DNA of 64,000 nt from Treponemataceae bacterium (GTDB taxonomy: Bacteria; Spirochaetota; Spirochaetia; Treponematales; Rectinemataceae), in assembly GCA_963677895.2 (NCBI GenBank), contig CAXXGJ010000006.1:64001-128000 (forward strand), in the 5' to 3' direction. The notes beneath the pieces were generated by a model that saw nothing but the letters and a program-made list of their open reading frames with translations, ran no database searches and had not been told where the DNA came from. Positions 20,672 to 29,637 of the stretch are shown piece after piece. A program made the translations under genes and the position numbers. Position 1 is the stretch's first letter; the number at the start of each line of letters is the position of its first letter.

Positions 20672-21871
20672 TCAATCCTTCACACCGCATTTTGTCATAT
20701 AAGAAGCCCCATCCGCTGTCTTGCAGAAATATACTTTGTACTTGTCAGCATATTGAGGATGTTTTACTGGATAGACTTCTGCAATTCGTCCTTCAACTTC
20801 TGCATGGCTGGTAGGATCGACCATCCCAATACAGCAGCCCCTGTACCCCGCCCCGCTGAAACGGGCTCCGTAGACACCAGGGATATTCTTTAAAGTATTG
20901 AAAATCGTAATGAGTTCTGGAGATCCGCATTGATAGTCGTGCACCGAACTCTCGCCGGATTCCACCATCAGCTTTCCAAAAGTCTTGATATCGCCCTGTT
21001 TCCAGGCTTCAGTACCATCGATCACGCGTTGATTCTCGGTGAAATAGTGCTTCGCTCTTCGTCCAAATCGTCCTGGGAGAGAATTTCTATGCGCCATCCA
21101 TTCATCATGTGTCACGCTGTGGAGCACGATATCCTTGTAAGGTGTCGTTGCTCCTCGGGACAACTCCTGCAACAGCGACGCCGCGATTTTGCACTCGTCC
21201 ACCCGGTTGTTGTAGTCGGTACCGATGAGGGCTTTCGTAAAGCCAGAGTTGACGATGACCACCTCGAACTCAGGCATGGAGGGACTCTTGGGAATAAGCT
21301 CCCACTCGCTTGTGGCGCAGTCCATTCTCATCAAATAGCCATCTTTGCTAAGAATATTGGCCGACTGGTCTAAAATGCCATTCTTTAACCCGATGAAGGC
21401 TGTCTCCACCCAGTGGCTGTATTGGATAAGCTTTTCTTTGGGAATTTCGATGCCGTTGACATCGGCCAACGCCATCAAATAGGCTGTAGTGACCGCCGCG
21501 GAGGAACTCAATCCCCCCATGGGAAGACGACCGCGTATCACCGCCTTCAAACCCTTCCTGAGCTTGAAATCCCGTGAAAGCGAGAGCACGGAACCCCTGA
21601 TATAGTTGCCCCAGAACCCCGGAAGCATTTCCGGTACCTGATCGATATGGAAGTATTCCTCGTCCGGGAAATCCATGCTCTGGATTTTCACGAAACCCGC
21701 GTCGTCGGGCGCGTAGAGCAGATCCACGTTCACGTCCAGAGCCATGCCTGTTACCAGTCCGCCCTGGTGATCTATATGCGCCCCAAGGGGACAAATCCTC
21801 AAAGGGGAACGAATCTGGCCGCAATGAGGAATACCGAAGATGTCGACGAACTGGCGTGCGATCGTATCCAT
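20672..21871 (-). CDS. GHMP sugar kinase, galacturonokinase-like
   Basis: SPLRICPLGAHIDHQGG, GGLSSSAA, GLKNGILDQSA, GARFSGAGYRGCC; recalled as closer to plant GalAK than to GalK (GEHTDY). Confidence 0.8.
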   Translation of the reverse strand: MDTIARQFVDIFGIPHCGQIRSPLRICPLGAHIDHQGGLVTGMALDVNVDLLYAPDDAGFVKIQSMDFPDEEYFHIDQVPEMLPGFWGNYIRGSVLSLSRDFKLRKGLKAVIRGRLPMGGLSSSAAVTTAYLMALADVNGIEIPKEKLIQYSHWVETAFIGLKNGILDQSANILSKDGYLMRMDCATSEWELIPKSPSMPEFEVVIVNSGFTKALIGTDYNNRVDECKIAASLLQELSRGATTPYKDIVLHSVTHDEWMAHRNSLPGRFGRRAKHYFTENQRVIDGTEAWKQGDIKTFGKLMVESGESSVHDYQCGSPELITIFNTLKNIPGVYGARFSGAGYRGCCIGMVDPTSHAEVEGRIAEVYPVKHPQYADKYKVYFCKTADGASYMTKCGVKD

Positions 21872-21894
21872 ATAATCCTGTTATCCCCTATGTT

Positions 21895-22995
21895 TTAAGT
21901 CAATATCTCCACGGTTCCCAAAGAACTTAGTTTATAAAACCTCAACTTTCGAAGCCGTTCCTCCTCCGTGCAGAAGTGATACATCTCATGCTTCGACAAC
22001 AAGGTATACATTAACTCAAGCATGTGCCGGGCGACAGCCACAATCGCAATGCGCTTTCCTCGACGCTCGGCAATTCGATCGTATACAGCTCTGAAATGTA
22101 CTCCCATTGGAGAGCGGACCGCCGCCCATGCCGCCTGCACTAGAGCCCGCCTCAATGCTGGGCTTCCCTGTTTCGTAATATGCCCCATGTGGTGAATGGA
22201 GGTTCCAGAAAGCTCTACCCGAGGCACCATTCCCACGTAGTAGCTAACCTGGGCAGGATTCTCAAAACGGTCCTCCGTCCCTACAAATCCTAAGTAGGCG
22301 AGCGCCACTGTAGGCCCCACCCCGGGAATTGACAGGAGGATTTCTGCCTCCTTTTCCCGCTTCAGCAGGGCTTGGCGTACCTGTTCCTTGACGAGCACTC
22401 TCTGCGATTCTATCGCCGCGAGAATGACGCAGTATTGCTCGGCCAGCATGCGATAGATTCCCGTCATGCGCCCAAGGATCGCCATTCGCCCTTTCTCCGT
22501 TGCCAGATCCTTCTTGGTGATCTCCGTCATGCCATGCTCGACGCATGCCGCATGAAACCGATTTATGATCCCTGTTCGCTCCCGGTTGAGAAAGATCTGG
22601 TGGTTCGCAAGCCTCCGCGCCTCTTCATCTTCTTGGCTCGGCAGGTTTACCTCAGGCAGACATTCTTCTGCGGTTCCTTGCAGCACCCGGGCAAGCTTGA
22701 GCGCGTCTTCTTTATCCGTCTTCCTCATGGAGCTGTAGATGACCGCCAGTTTTGCTGAATGCAAAACCTTCACCCGCACTCCGTCGACCTGCGCAAGCCT
22801 TCGTGCAAGGGTGAACGACAGCGCCCCTGCCTCAAGCGCCACCACGTCCCCCGCTTCGAGTTTCCCCGCAAGCTCATCTCTTCCCTCTGCGTCCGTCGTC
22901 CCTCTCCAGCGAATGATCTTTTCCCCGGCATGCAGTACACAGGCTTCGTAGTGACGTTTGCCGAGGTCGATTCCTATGAATCGCCGTGCTTCCAT
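21895..22995 (-). CDS. IS110 transposase/recombinase
   Basis: FIGIDLGK, ALEAG, KTDKEDA (DEDD RuvC domain), SIPGVG, RF......Y.G.VP....SG, ITKQGS..LR..LVQAA, AIVAVARH. Confidence 0.95.
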   Translation of the reverse strand: MEARRFIGIDLGKRHYEACVLHAGEKIIRWRGTTDAEGRDELAGKLEAGDVVALEAGALSFTLARRLAQVDGVRVKVLHSAKLAVIYSSMRKTDKEDALKLARVLQGTAEECLPEVNLPSQEDEEARRLANHQIFLNRERTGIINRFHAACVEHGMTEITKKDLATEKGRMAILGRMTGIYRMLAEQYCVILAAIESQRVLVKEQVRQALLKREKEAEILLSIPGVGPTVALAYLGFVGTEDRFENPAQVSYYVGMVPRVELSGTSIHHMGHITKQGSPALRRALVQAAWAAVRSPMGVHFRAVYDRIAERRGKRIAIVAVARHMLELMYTLLSKHEMYHFCTEEERLRKLRFYKLSSLGTVEILT

Positions 22996-23009
22996 ACGTC
23001 CCTCCTCAC

Positions 23010-23245
23010 CTCAATGAAAAGGGAACCGGGAGACTTGTGATTCGCCCACAAGTACGCGAAATCTCCTATTCGCGGTCACACTAGGCTTTCGTCAATGCGC
23101 CGCACTGCAGATGTTCGATGGCCGGTTTAGGTGATACTTGTCGTCAAGGTCTCCTCTTTTGGCCCTTAGGGGTGGTGCCTTGCGGATAACAGACTACCTG
23201 CCACCGGCTCCCGAGTCCCGTCGAACTCAGAATACTACGGGCGCT
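23010..23245 (-). ncRNA. Predicted IS110 bridge (seek) RNA
   Basis: Hand folding gives a 5' hairpin and two internal loops; loop segments match the insertion-site flanks and the element's right end (see findings). RNA ends are approximate. Confidence 0.75.
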
Positions 23246-23269
23246 TCACACTTTAAACATAGCTACTTG

Positions 23270-24325
23270 TCAAAATTGCTTAGAATGTGTAGCAAACCAA
23301 TCAGCAAAGCGCTTTAAACCTTCGGCAATGCTTGTGTGGGGTTTCCACTGCACCGTGCTTTCAAGATCGTCGATCTCGGCTTCCGTGGCGTACACATCGC
23401 CCGGCTGCATCGGAAGGTACTTCTTTATGGCCACCTTTCCGATCGCCTTTTCCAGCTCTTCGATGAAGACCGAAAGCCGCTCCGAATGATTGTTGCCGAT
23501 ATTGAAGACCCTGTAGGGCGCCCTCGACCGGGAAGGATCGGGATTCGCAGGATCCCAGGTTTTATCGCCCTGGGGGATTTTATCGGCTATGCGGAGAATA
23601 CCCTCGACGATGTCGTCGACATAGGTAAAATCCCTCCACATATCCCCATTGTTATAGATATCGATCGAGCGGCCCTCGACGATAGCCTTCGCGAATTTGA
23701 AATAAGCCATATCAGGGCGGCCCCAGGGACCATAGACCGTAAAAAACCGCAGACCCGTCGTCGGCAAGCCGTAGAGATGGCTGTAGCTATGAGCCATGAG
23801 CTCGTTCGATTTCTTGGTAGCGGCATAGAGGCTCACCGGATGATCGGTATGATCTTTCGTGCTAAAAGGTCTCGTGTCGTTGAGGCCATAGACCGAGGAA
23901 CTCGAGGCGTAGACAAGATGGGAAACCTTCGCGTGCCTGCAAGCCTCGAGCATATTCAGGAATCCAACGATGTTCGAATCGATGTACTCGCGGGGATGAT
24001 CGATGCTGTACCGAACCCCCGCCTGAGCGGCGAGATTAATGACCCTGTCGAAGGCAAATTCCTTGAAGAGCGACTCGATCGCGGCCTGGTCCTCAAGCTT
24101 CATCCGGATAAAACGCATGTTTGGGTAAGCGGCGCTGTGTACGGCCTTTCCCCAGACTTCCGCTTCCCGATCGATCCCCAACTCCGCGAGACGCGCGAAC
24201 TTGAGCTCCGGGTCATAGTAGCTATTGATGGAGTCGATCCCGACGACGGAATCCCCGCGTTCCAAAAGCCTCTTCGTCGTATGAAAGCCAATAAATCCGG
24301 CCGCGCCGGTCAACAATATTCGCAT
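23270..24325 (-). CDS. UDP-glucuronate 4-epimerase (NAD-dependent epimerase)
   Basis: TGAAGFIG, NLAAQAGVRYS, YASSSSVYG, SLYAATKK, LRFFTVYGPWGRPDMA, MQPGDV. Confidence 0.92.
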   Translation of the reverse strand: MRILLTGAAGFIGFHTTKRLLERGDSVVGIDSINSYYDPELKFARLAELGIDREAEVWGKAVHSAAYPNMRFIRMKLEDQAAIESLFKEFAFDRVINLAAQAGVRYSIDHPREYIDSNIVGFLNMLEACRHAKVSHLVYASSSSVYGLNDTRPFSTKDHTDHPVSLYAATKKSNELMAHSYSHLYGLPTTGLRFFTVYGPWGRPDMAYFKFAKAIVEGRSIDIYNNGDMWRDFTYVDDIVEGILRIADKIPQGDKTWDPANPDPSRSRAPYRVFNIGNNHSERLSVFIEELEKAIGKVAIKKYLPMQPGDVYATEAEIDDLESTVQWKPHTSIAEGLKRFADWFATHSKQF

Positions 24326-24328
24326 TCG

Positions 24329-25672
24329 CTATCTCCCGACACCGATGTAGGCAAACCCCAAAGCTTCGGCCTGAGCGCGGTCGTAAATATTTCTGAAATC
24401 GAAAAGCATAGGTGTCTTCAGAAGGCGCTTTACCTTGGCAAGGTCCAGGTTCCGGAACTGGTTCCACTCTGTAAGGATGACGAGAGCGTCGGCGTCCTTC
24501 ATCGTGTCGTACTCTCCCGCGCAGTAGGTGACATGATCATCGATAGCTTGAAGCCTCCATGAAGCCTCTTTCATCGCCTCCGGATCGTAGGCTTTGATTT
24601 TCGCACCGCCTGATACCAGCGCGGCGAGGATCGCGAGGGCCGGGGCTTCGCGCATGTCGTCCGTGTTGGGCTTGAAAGCAAGACCAAGGACAGCCAGCTT
24701 TTTGCCTTCAAGGCTGCCGAGGGTCGCCTCGATCTTGTCCACCATACGCAGCTTTTGGGCTTCGTTCGCCAGGATCGTCGCTTCCACTACTTTCAGAGGG
24801 CTATCATTCTTTCGCGCTATATCGGCGAGCGCCTTCGTGTCCTTGGGGAAACAGGAGCCACCATAGCCAGGACCCGGATGGAGGAATTTAGCCCCAATGC
24901 GGCCATCCTTCCCCATCGCCGTGGCGACTGCCTTGACGTCGGCCCCCACCTTCTCGCAGAGATTTGCTATCTCGTTGATGAAGGTTATCTTGACCGCCAA
25001 AAAAGCGTTGGAAGCGTACTTGATCATCTCGGCCGACTCGAGGTTGGTCTCAATGAAGGGCGTCTCGTTGAGATACAGCACCCGGTAGATCGCGCGCATC
25101 GCCTCGCGAGCCTTGTCCGACTCTATGCCGAGCACGACCCTATCAGGATGCATGAAGTCGTAGACAGCCGAGCCTTCGCGAAGGAACTCGGGGTTGGAGA
25201 CAACATCGAACTCATGCGAGAGGGCGCTGGTAGGGCTTTTGCTGGCGCGAGCGGCCAGCTCTTCGGCAATCCATTTTTTGACGAGCCTGCCGGTGCCGAT
25301 AGGCACCGTGCTCTTGTCTACCACTACGCGGTAACTGTTTATCGTGCGGCCGATAGTCCGAGCGGCTTCTTCAACATAGCGAAGATCGGCCGAACCATCG
25401 TCCGAGGGGGGCGTTCCCACCGCTATAAATATCACTTCCGCCGCTTGGATGGCCGGGAATGCGTCGTTGGTGAAGAAAAGGCGTTCTGCGGCCACGTTCC
25501 GCGCCACCACATCGGAGAGCCCCGGCTCGAAGATGGGGATTTGTCCCGCTCGAAGGCCTTCGATTTTTTTCTCGTCGACGTCGACGCAGGTTACCGTGTT
25601 GCCGAAATCGGCCAGGCAGGCGCCCGACACGAGACCGACGTAGCCGGTACCGATCACCGCGATTGATGCCAT
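24329..25672 (-). CDS. ugd: UDP-glucose 6-dehydrogenase
   Basis: VIGTGYVGL, KSTVPIGT, SNPEFLREG, AEMIKYASN, GYGGSCFPKD, GLAFKPNTDDMRE. Confidence 0.95.
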   Translation of the reverse strand: MASIAVIGTGYVGLVSGACLADFGNTVTCVDVDEKKIEGLRAGQIPIFEPGLSDVVARNVAAERLFFTNDAFPAIQAAEVIFIAVGTPPSDDGSADLRYVEEAARTIGRTINSYRVVVDKSTVPIGTGRLVKKWIAEELAARASKSPTSALSHEFDVVSNPEFLREGSAVYDFMHPDRVVLGIESDKAREAMRAIYRVLYLNETPFIETNLESAEMIKYASNAFLAVKITFINEIANLCEKVGADVKAVATAMGKDGRIGAKFLHPGPGYGGSCFPKDTKALADIARKNDSPLKVVEATILANEAQKLRMVDKIEATLGSLEGKKLAVLGLAFKPNTDDMREAPALAILAALVSGGAKIKAYDPEAMKEASWRLQAIDDHVTYCAGEYDTMKDADALVILTEWNQFRNLDLAKVKRLLKTPMLFDFRNIYDRAQAEALGFAYIGVGR

Positions 25673-26454
25673 ATAACTTCCAATTATGAGTATTTAATTA
25701 TAGAATTATTTATTACGATGTGACTCGAGAACTGCACAGCTTCGCCCTCCAGCCTCCTGTGGCTGGATCCTCCTAAAGCAGAGGAATTGTCGCCGCCGCG
25801 TATCGATCGCGGCCGAAACACGCTGATCGTTCGCTACGGTTCTTTGGGCATTCTTGGAACATTTGAAAAGTGGAATTGGAGGAATAGCATTTCATTGGAG
25901 ATGGTTAATCTCCAAAAAGCTTACAAAACCCAACCCTCAACATAGCTAATCATTTTTGTAAAGCATTTTTTGCTATTCCGGGGCTTCCGCTTCGGCAATG
26001 TTCAATCTTTGAACATTCTATGAACAGTATCGGCAGGACGCAAGGGCTGGCACAAAAATTTTTTATGTTTCTTGGGTTAAAAAGAGTTGAAGGATTGGCG
26101 GGATGTTTTTAAAGGGGATCGACTTCAACAACAGATCACGAGACTTTCTGGAATACTTCAAGCTTTTTATCGAGAGCGATCGGCTCGGGAAGCGGACAAT
26201 ATCGCTTTCTGTACTCAGCTACCGTCATCCATTCCTTGCCCACTCGGATGTGCCACTCCCTATCATCTGTCGGGACATGGTAATGTACTATGACGGCGAT
26301 AAGCGTTATCAGAAAACCGAGAATCGATAACCATTGAAGGATCATGATCATGATTCCACCTCTTTCATGAAAGAGGATACCGCCAGAAGAGCTTTATAGT
26401 TGCTGTGAATATTCGATTTATTCCCATGATAATGAACACTAGTGTATAGTATCG

Positions 26455-27096
26455 ATGATGAAATTCAGTAAAATCGTGCAAACCTTCGGGGATAGAGCCT
26501 GGTTTGACTTCGAGATGGTCCATCTTCTCTCGGGCGAGGCCTCAGCCTGCGTGCATACAGAGCTGTACCGATGGCGGGAATCGGGCAAACTGATCGAGCT
26601 TAGGCGAGGCTTGTTCGCGCTGGCCGAGCCTTGGAGACATTCGCCCGTCGATGGCGCCTGCCTGGCCGAAGCCTTGTATCCGCCCTCCTCTCTTTCGGGA
26701 GCCTGGGCCTTGCGGCGCTATGGGCTGCTTCCTAGTTGCGTCGTGGGTGGGGCTGAGGGCTGCGCGCGCCCGGAGTTCGACTTGGTGACGGCGCGCCCCG
26801 CTAAGATCTTCGAGAACCCCTTTGGCCGCTATTCCTACACCACCTTTCCCCGCGACCTGCTTTTCGGCACGAAGACCGAGATGATTGGCGGGAACAGGGT
26901 GCGGATGGCCCTTCCCGAGAAGGCGCTTCTGGACTACTGGTTCATCGAGGGCGGGGAATGGGACGAGGAGCGGATCGAGAACGCGGGCTTGAGAAGAGAG
27001 CCGCTGGATATGGAGAGGCTGGAGGCGCTTGCGGCGCGCGCGGGCCGGCCACGGCTCGCGCGCGCCACCGGAGCCTACCTGAGGGCAGCCCTATGA
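26455..27096 (+). CDS. AbiEi-like type IV toxin-antitoxin antitoxin / transcriptional regulator
   Basis: L.RW...GKLI.LRRGL, LY.PS.LS..WAL..YGL.P, A.PEKALLD. Confidence 0.8.
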   Translation: MMKFSKIVQTFGDRAWFDFEMVHLLSGEASACVHTELYRWRESGKLIELRRGLFALAEPWRHSPVDGACLAEALYPPSSLSGAWALRRYGLLPSCVVGGAEGCARPEFDLVTARPAKIFENPFGRYSYTTFPRDLLFGTKTEMIGGNRVRMALPEKALLDYWFIEGGEWDEERIENAGLRREPLDMERLEALAARAGRPRLARATGAYLRAAL

Positions 27097-27575
27097 TGCG
27101 GGAAGAAATCCTCGAGATAGCCGACATGGCCGAAACGCCTGAAGAGAAGCTTTGCGCGACACGAGCATGCATCCAGGCCGCGGCGCTTCGCTCGCTGCAC
27201 GAGCTGGGAGCCTTCGAAAAACTCTGCCTGACCGGAGAAAGCGCCCGCCATTTCGCCTCCGGAACGCCAGAATACATGACCGACCTCGAATTCGGGCTTG
27301 TGGACAAGAAGGGGTACAAACCCGAACAGTGGCTCTTCGCGGTCAAACGCCGGCTGCGTTTCATGGGACTGGACGCACGCATCGCCTTCGCGCGAAAAAC
27401 ATCCGTCCACTCAGGCTGGGTAAAGGTGACCGGCCTCCTCGCCGAGGAAGTCGGCTTCAGGATCGTCATAGATATCGCGCCAGTCGAGCCCGCGACCTGC
27501 AAGGTGAAACTAGTGGACATGGCGGGAGAGTGCTTCGGTATTCGGTATAGTAGCGATTTGGCGAGAGTATTATGA
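27093..27575 (+). CDS. Degenerate, truncated AbiEii-like nucleotidyltransferase
   Basis: ATGA overlap with abiEi; N-terminus R..IQ...LR.L...GAF..L, then GES...EYMTDLEF in place of GGT...RFSEDLDF; only 160 aa. Confidence 0.6.
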   Translation: MMREEILEIADMAETPEEKLCATRACIQAAALRSLHELGAFEKLCLTGESARHFASGTPEYMTDLEFGLVDKKGYKPEQWLFAVKRRLRFMGLDARIAFARKTSVHSGWVKVTGLLAEEVGFRIVIDIAPVEPATCKVKLVDMAGECFGIRYSSDLARVL

Positions 27576-27665
27576 TGAAGACTCTTGGGTAGCTAAAATT
27601 TTAGGCACGAATCAACATGTTTCATAGGTTGTCTGCATCAGGAAATACACTAGTCCCCACTATGA

Positions 27666-28646
27666 TCAACGTCTCACATGAATTTTGTATTGGAAACGCG
27701 TCGTGTTATTCGGATTCCGTATACTATCGATAATGACGACAATGACAATGACTAGTCCCGTGAGCACACGTTTCACCGGTTCAGATGCGCCCAACTGTGA
27801 TAGACCTGTCTCTAAGGCTACCATGATAATTGTTCCCAGGAAGCTTGACCATACATTCCCTTCCCCTCCCCTCAGACTGGTCCCACCCACAGCCACGGCA
27901 GCGATCACGTAAAGCTCAAGGCTTCCCCCAGTATTCGGGTCAACCGCCTCCATGCGCGCGCTTTCAAAGATCGCGGCTATTGCCACCAGCATCCCCGATA
28001 GGGCGAAGGTTGCTACCTTAATTTTCCCTGTAAAAACCCCCGAAAGATACATCGCTTCCTCGTTCGTTCCGATTCCGACTACATATCGGCCAAAAACCGT
28101 CGATCTGAGAATGTACTCGAAGAGGATTATCATCATGAGGGTGATAATGAAAGCAAGCGATACGCTGTTCAATACGATCGTGTTCAAGACTGAAAGTACT
28201 GATCCGAGATAAATGGTCCGGGAGCCGGAAAAAAGGTATGACATTCCCCTATATATCTCCATAGTGCCTAAAGTCACGATAAAAGGAGATGCGCGCCACT
28301 TGACAATGACAAGACCGTTTATCATTCCCAACACTATACCAAGCGCGATGGTAATAACGATGGCGATAGGCGTGGCCATGCCAAAATTGGTTATGGCCAC
28401 GGCAAGTGTGATCGAACAACATGCCATAATTGAGCCGACAGACAGATCGATGCAACCGACTAAGATCACGAAGGTCATTCCTGTCGCGACGATTGCGTTA
28501 CTCGCCACTTGATTGAGGATCGTGCTAAATGTCTGGATCGAACGATAAGGATTCTTTCCGGAACCTAGAAGCGACATAATGAGAAGTATCCCGATGGGAA
28601 AAAGCAGGAATTTAATATAGCTCATGTAAGTCTTTTTAATGTTCAT
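27666..28646 (-). CDS. Ribose-type ABC permease (copy 2, associated with the sensor genes)
   Basis: GMTFVIL...IDLSVG, FIVTLG, GR....IG.NEEA..LSG, ELYVIAAV.VGGTSL.GG.G. Confidence 0.9.
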   Translation of the reverse strand: MNIKKTYMSYIKFLLFPIGILLIMSLLGSGKNPYRSIQTFSTILNQVASNAIVATGMTFVILVGCIDLSVGSIMACCSITLAVAITNFGMATPIAIVITIALGIVLGMINGLVIVKWRASPFIVTLGTMEIYRGMSYLFSGSRTIYLGSVLSVLNTIVLNSVSLAFIITLMMIILFEYILRSTVFGRYVVGIGTNEEAMYLSGVFTGKIKVATFALSGMLVAIAAIFESARMEAVDPNTGGSLELYVIAAVAVGGTSLRGGEGNVWSSFLGTIIMVALETGLSQLGASEPVKRVLTGLVIVIVVIIDSIRNPNNTTRFQYKIHVRR

Positions 28647-29637
28647 TATTTTCGTTTTCCTTGAATACTTTAACATCGACGGGTGTTTCTCTGTCTTCCT
28701 GGAGGGTCCCTGTTCTTATAGCCTGCAAAGCACACTCTATCCCCTCGACGACAATCTTATCGGGATATTGTTCAGCAGTAGCAATTATCCGTTTCTCCTT
28801 GAGAATTTCGTTGACGGCCGTTATATTGTCGAATCCCACGATTTCAACGTTTTTTGCTACTTTACCGAGGGCTTTTATAGCGGCGAGCGCCCCAAGCGCC
28901 ATTGTATCATTGGCGCACGCAATTCCCCGTATATTAGGGTATTTTCTGAAAATGGCAGTGGTCGCAGTGTTGGCCTTTGTGATATCCCAGTCGCAGGGCT
29001 TAATCTCGACGATATTCATCCCGTAGTCTAGAAAAGCCTCTACAAAACCTTCCACCCGCTCTTTTGAATTGAAAGCTGTCGGAATACCTTCAAGGATCGC
29101 AACCTCTGAGCCTTTTTCAATTTTTTCAGCGAGCTTTGTGGCTACTTGCATAGCCGCGTAGCGGTTGTTAGGTCCGACAAAAGTGATAGAATGTTTTTTT
29201 TCTTTTAGTATTTCGGAATCCAACTGGTTATCTATATTTATTATAACTATCCCTTTTTCGATGGCTTTCGTGCATATCGGTATCAAGGCTTTCGAATCGG
29301 CTGGCGCTATAACTATAGCGTCAACGTTTTTCGCTATCATATTTTCAACAATATGAATCTGCCCTGAAATATCATTTTCATTCTTTATGCCGTTTACGAT
29401 CAAGCCATAGTCATCATGATGTTCGCGTTGATGTGCGGTAGCGCTCTGCCTCATGGTGATGAAGAAATCATTAGCCAACGATTTCATCACGATTGCAATA
29501 GTTGGTTTGTTTTCATTGTTGTTCTTTTCTGCTATATCACAACACAATAACAGGAAAATGGTGACTGCTATAACGATGACAAAGCGAGACAGCTTGTGCC
29601 CTTGTAGCATTCTTGTAGTATATTTTTTTCCCATCAT
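28636..29637 (-). CDS. Ribose-type sugar-binding protein (copy 2)
   Basis: Signal/anchor segment; VMKSLANDFF, IAPADS, FVGPNN, AND.MALGA, VGFD. Confidence 0.9.
   Translation of the reverse strand: MMGKKYTTRMLQGHKLSRFVIVIAVTIFLLLCCDIAEKNNNENKPTIAIVMKSLANDFFITMRQSATAHQREHHDDYGLIVNGIKNENDISGQIHIVENMIAKNVDAIVIAPADSKALIPICTKAIEKGIVIINIDNQLDSEILKEKKHSITFVGPNNRYAAMQVATKLAEKIEKGSEVAILEGIPTAFNSKERVEGFVEAFLDYGMNIVEIKPCDWDITKANTATTAIFRKYPNIRGIACANDTMALGALAAIKALGKVAKNVEIVGFDNITAVNEILKEKRIIATAEQYPDKIVVEGIECALQAIRTGTLQEDRETPVDVKVFKENENNEH

Larger units (their letters stand above)
21883..23264 (-). mobile_element. IS110-family element with long 5' non-coding end
   Basis: DEDD transposase; 13-bp sub-terminal IR (ctatgttttaagt 21888-21900 versus reverse complement of 23250-23262); inserted between the epimerase stop codon and the kinase RBS. 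Confidence 0.88.

Noticed and set aside
21888..23265. Alternative IS110 boundary using a TAG direct repeat as the core
   Set aside because: It leaves a 2-nt gap between the guides and does not explain the AUAGGAGAU donor-like guide; the AT-core model fits better, though this one is not excluded.
23336..25666. Long plus-strand ORFs (408 and 303 aa) opposite the epimerase and ugd
   Set aside because: Antisense shadows of GC-rich coding sequence with no recognisable motifs.
25828..25845. ops/JUMPstart-like CCGTAGCG upstream of ugd (minus strand)
   Set aside because: Only a partial match to GGCGGTAG, and no RfaH/UpxY-like gene in the window.
26048..26063. TGGCAC as a possible sigma54 -24 box
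   Set aside because: No TTGC at the -12 position (reads TTTTT).
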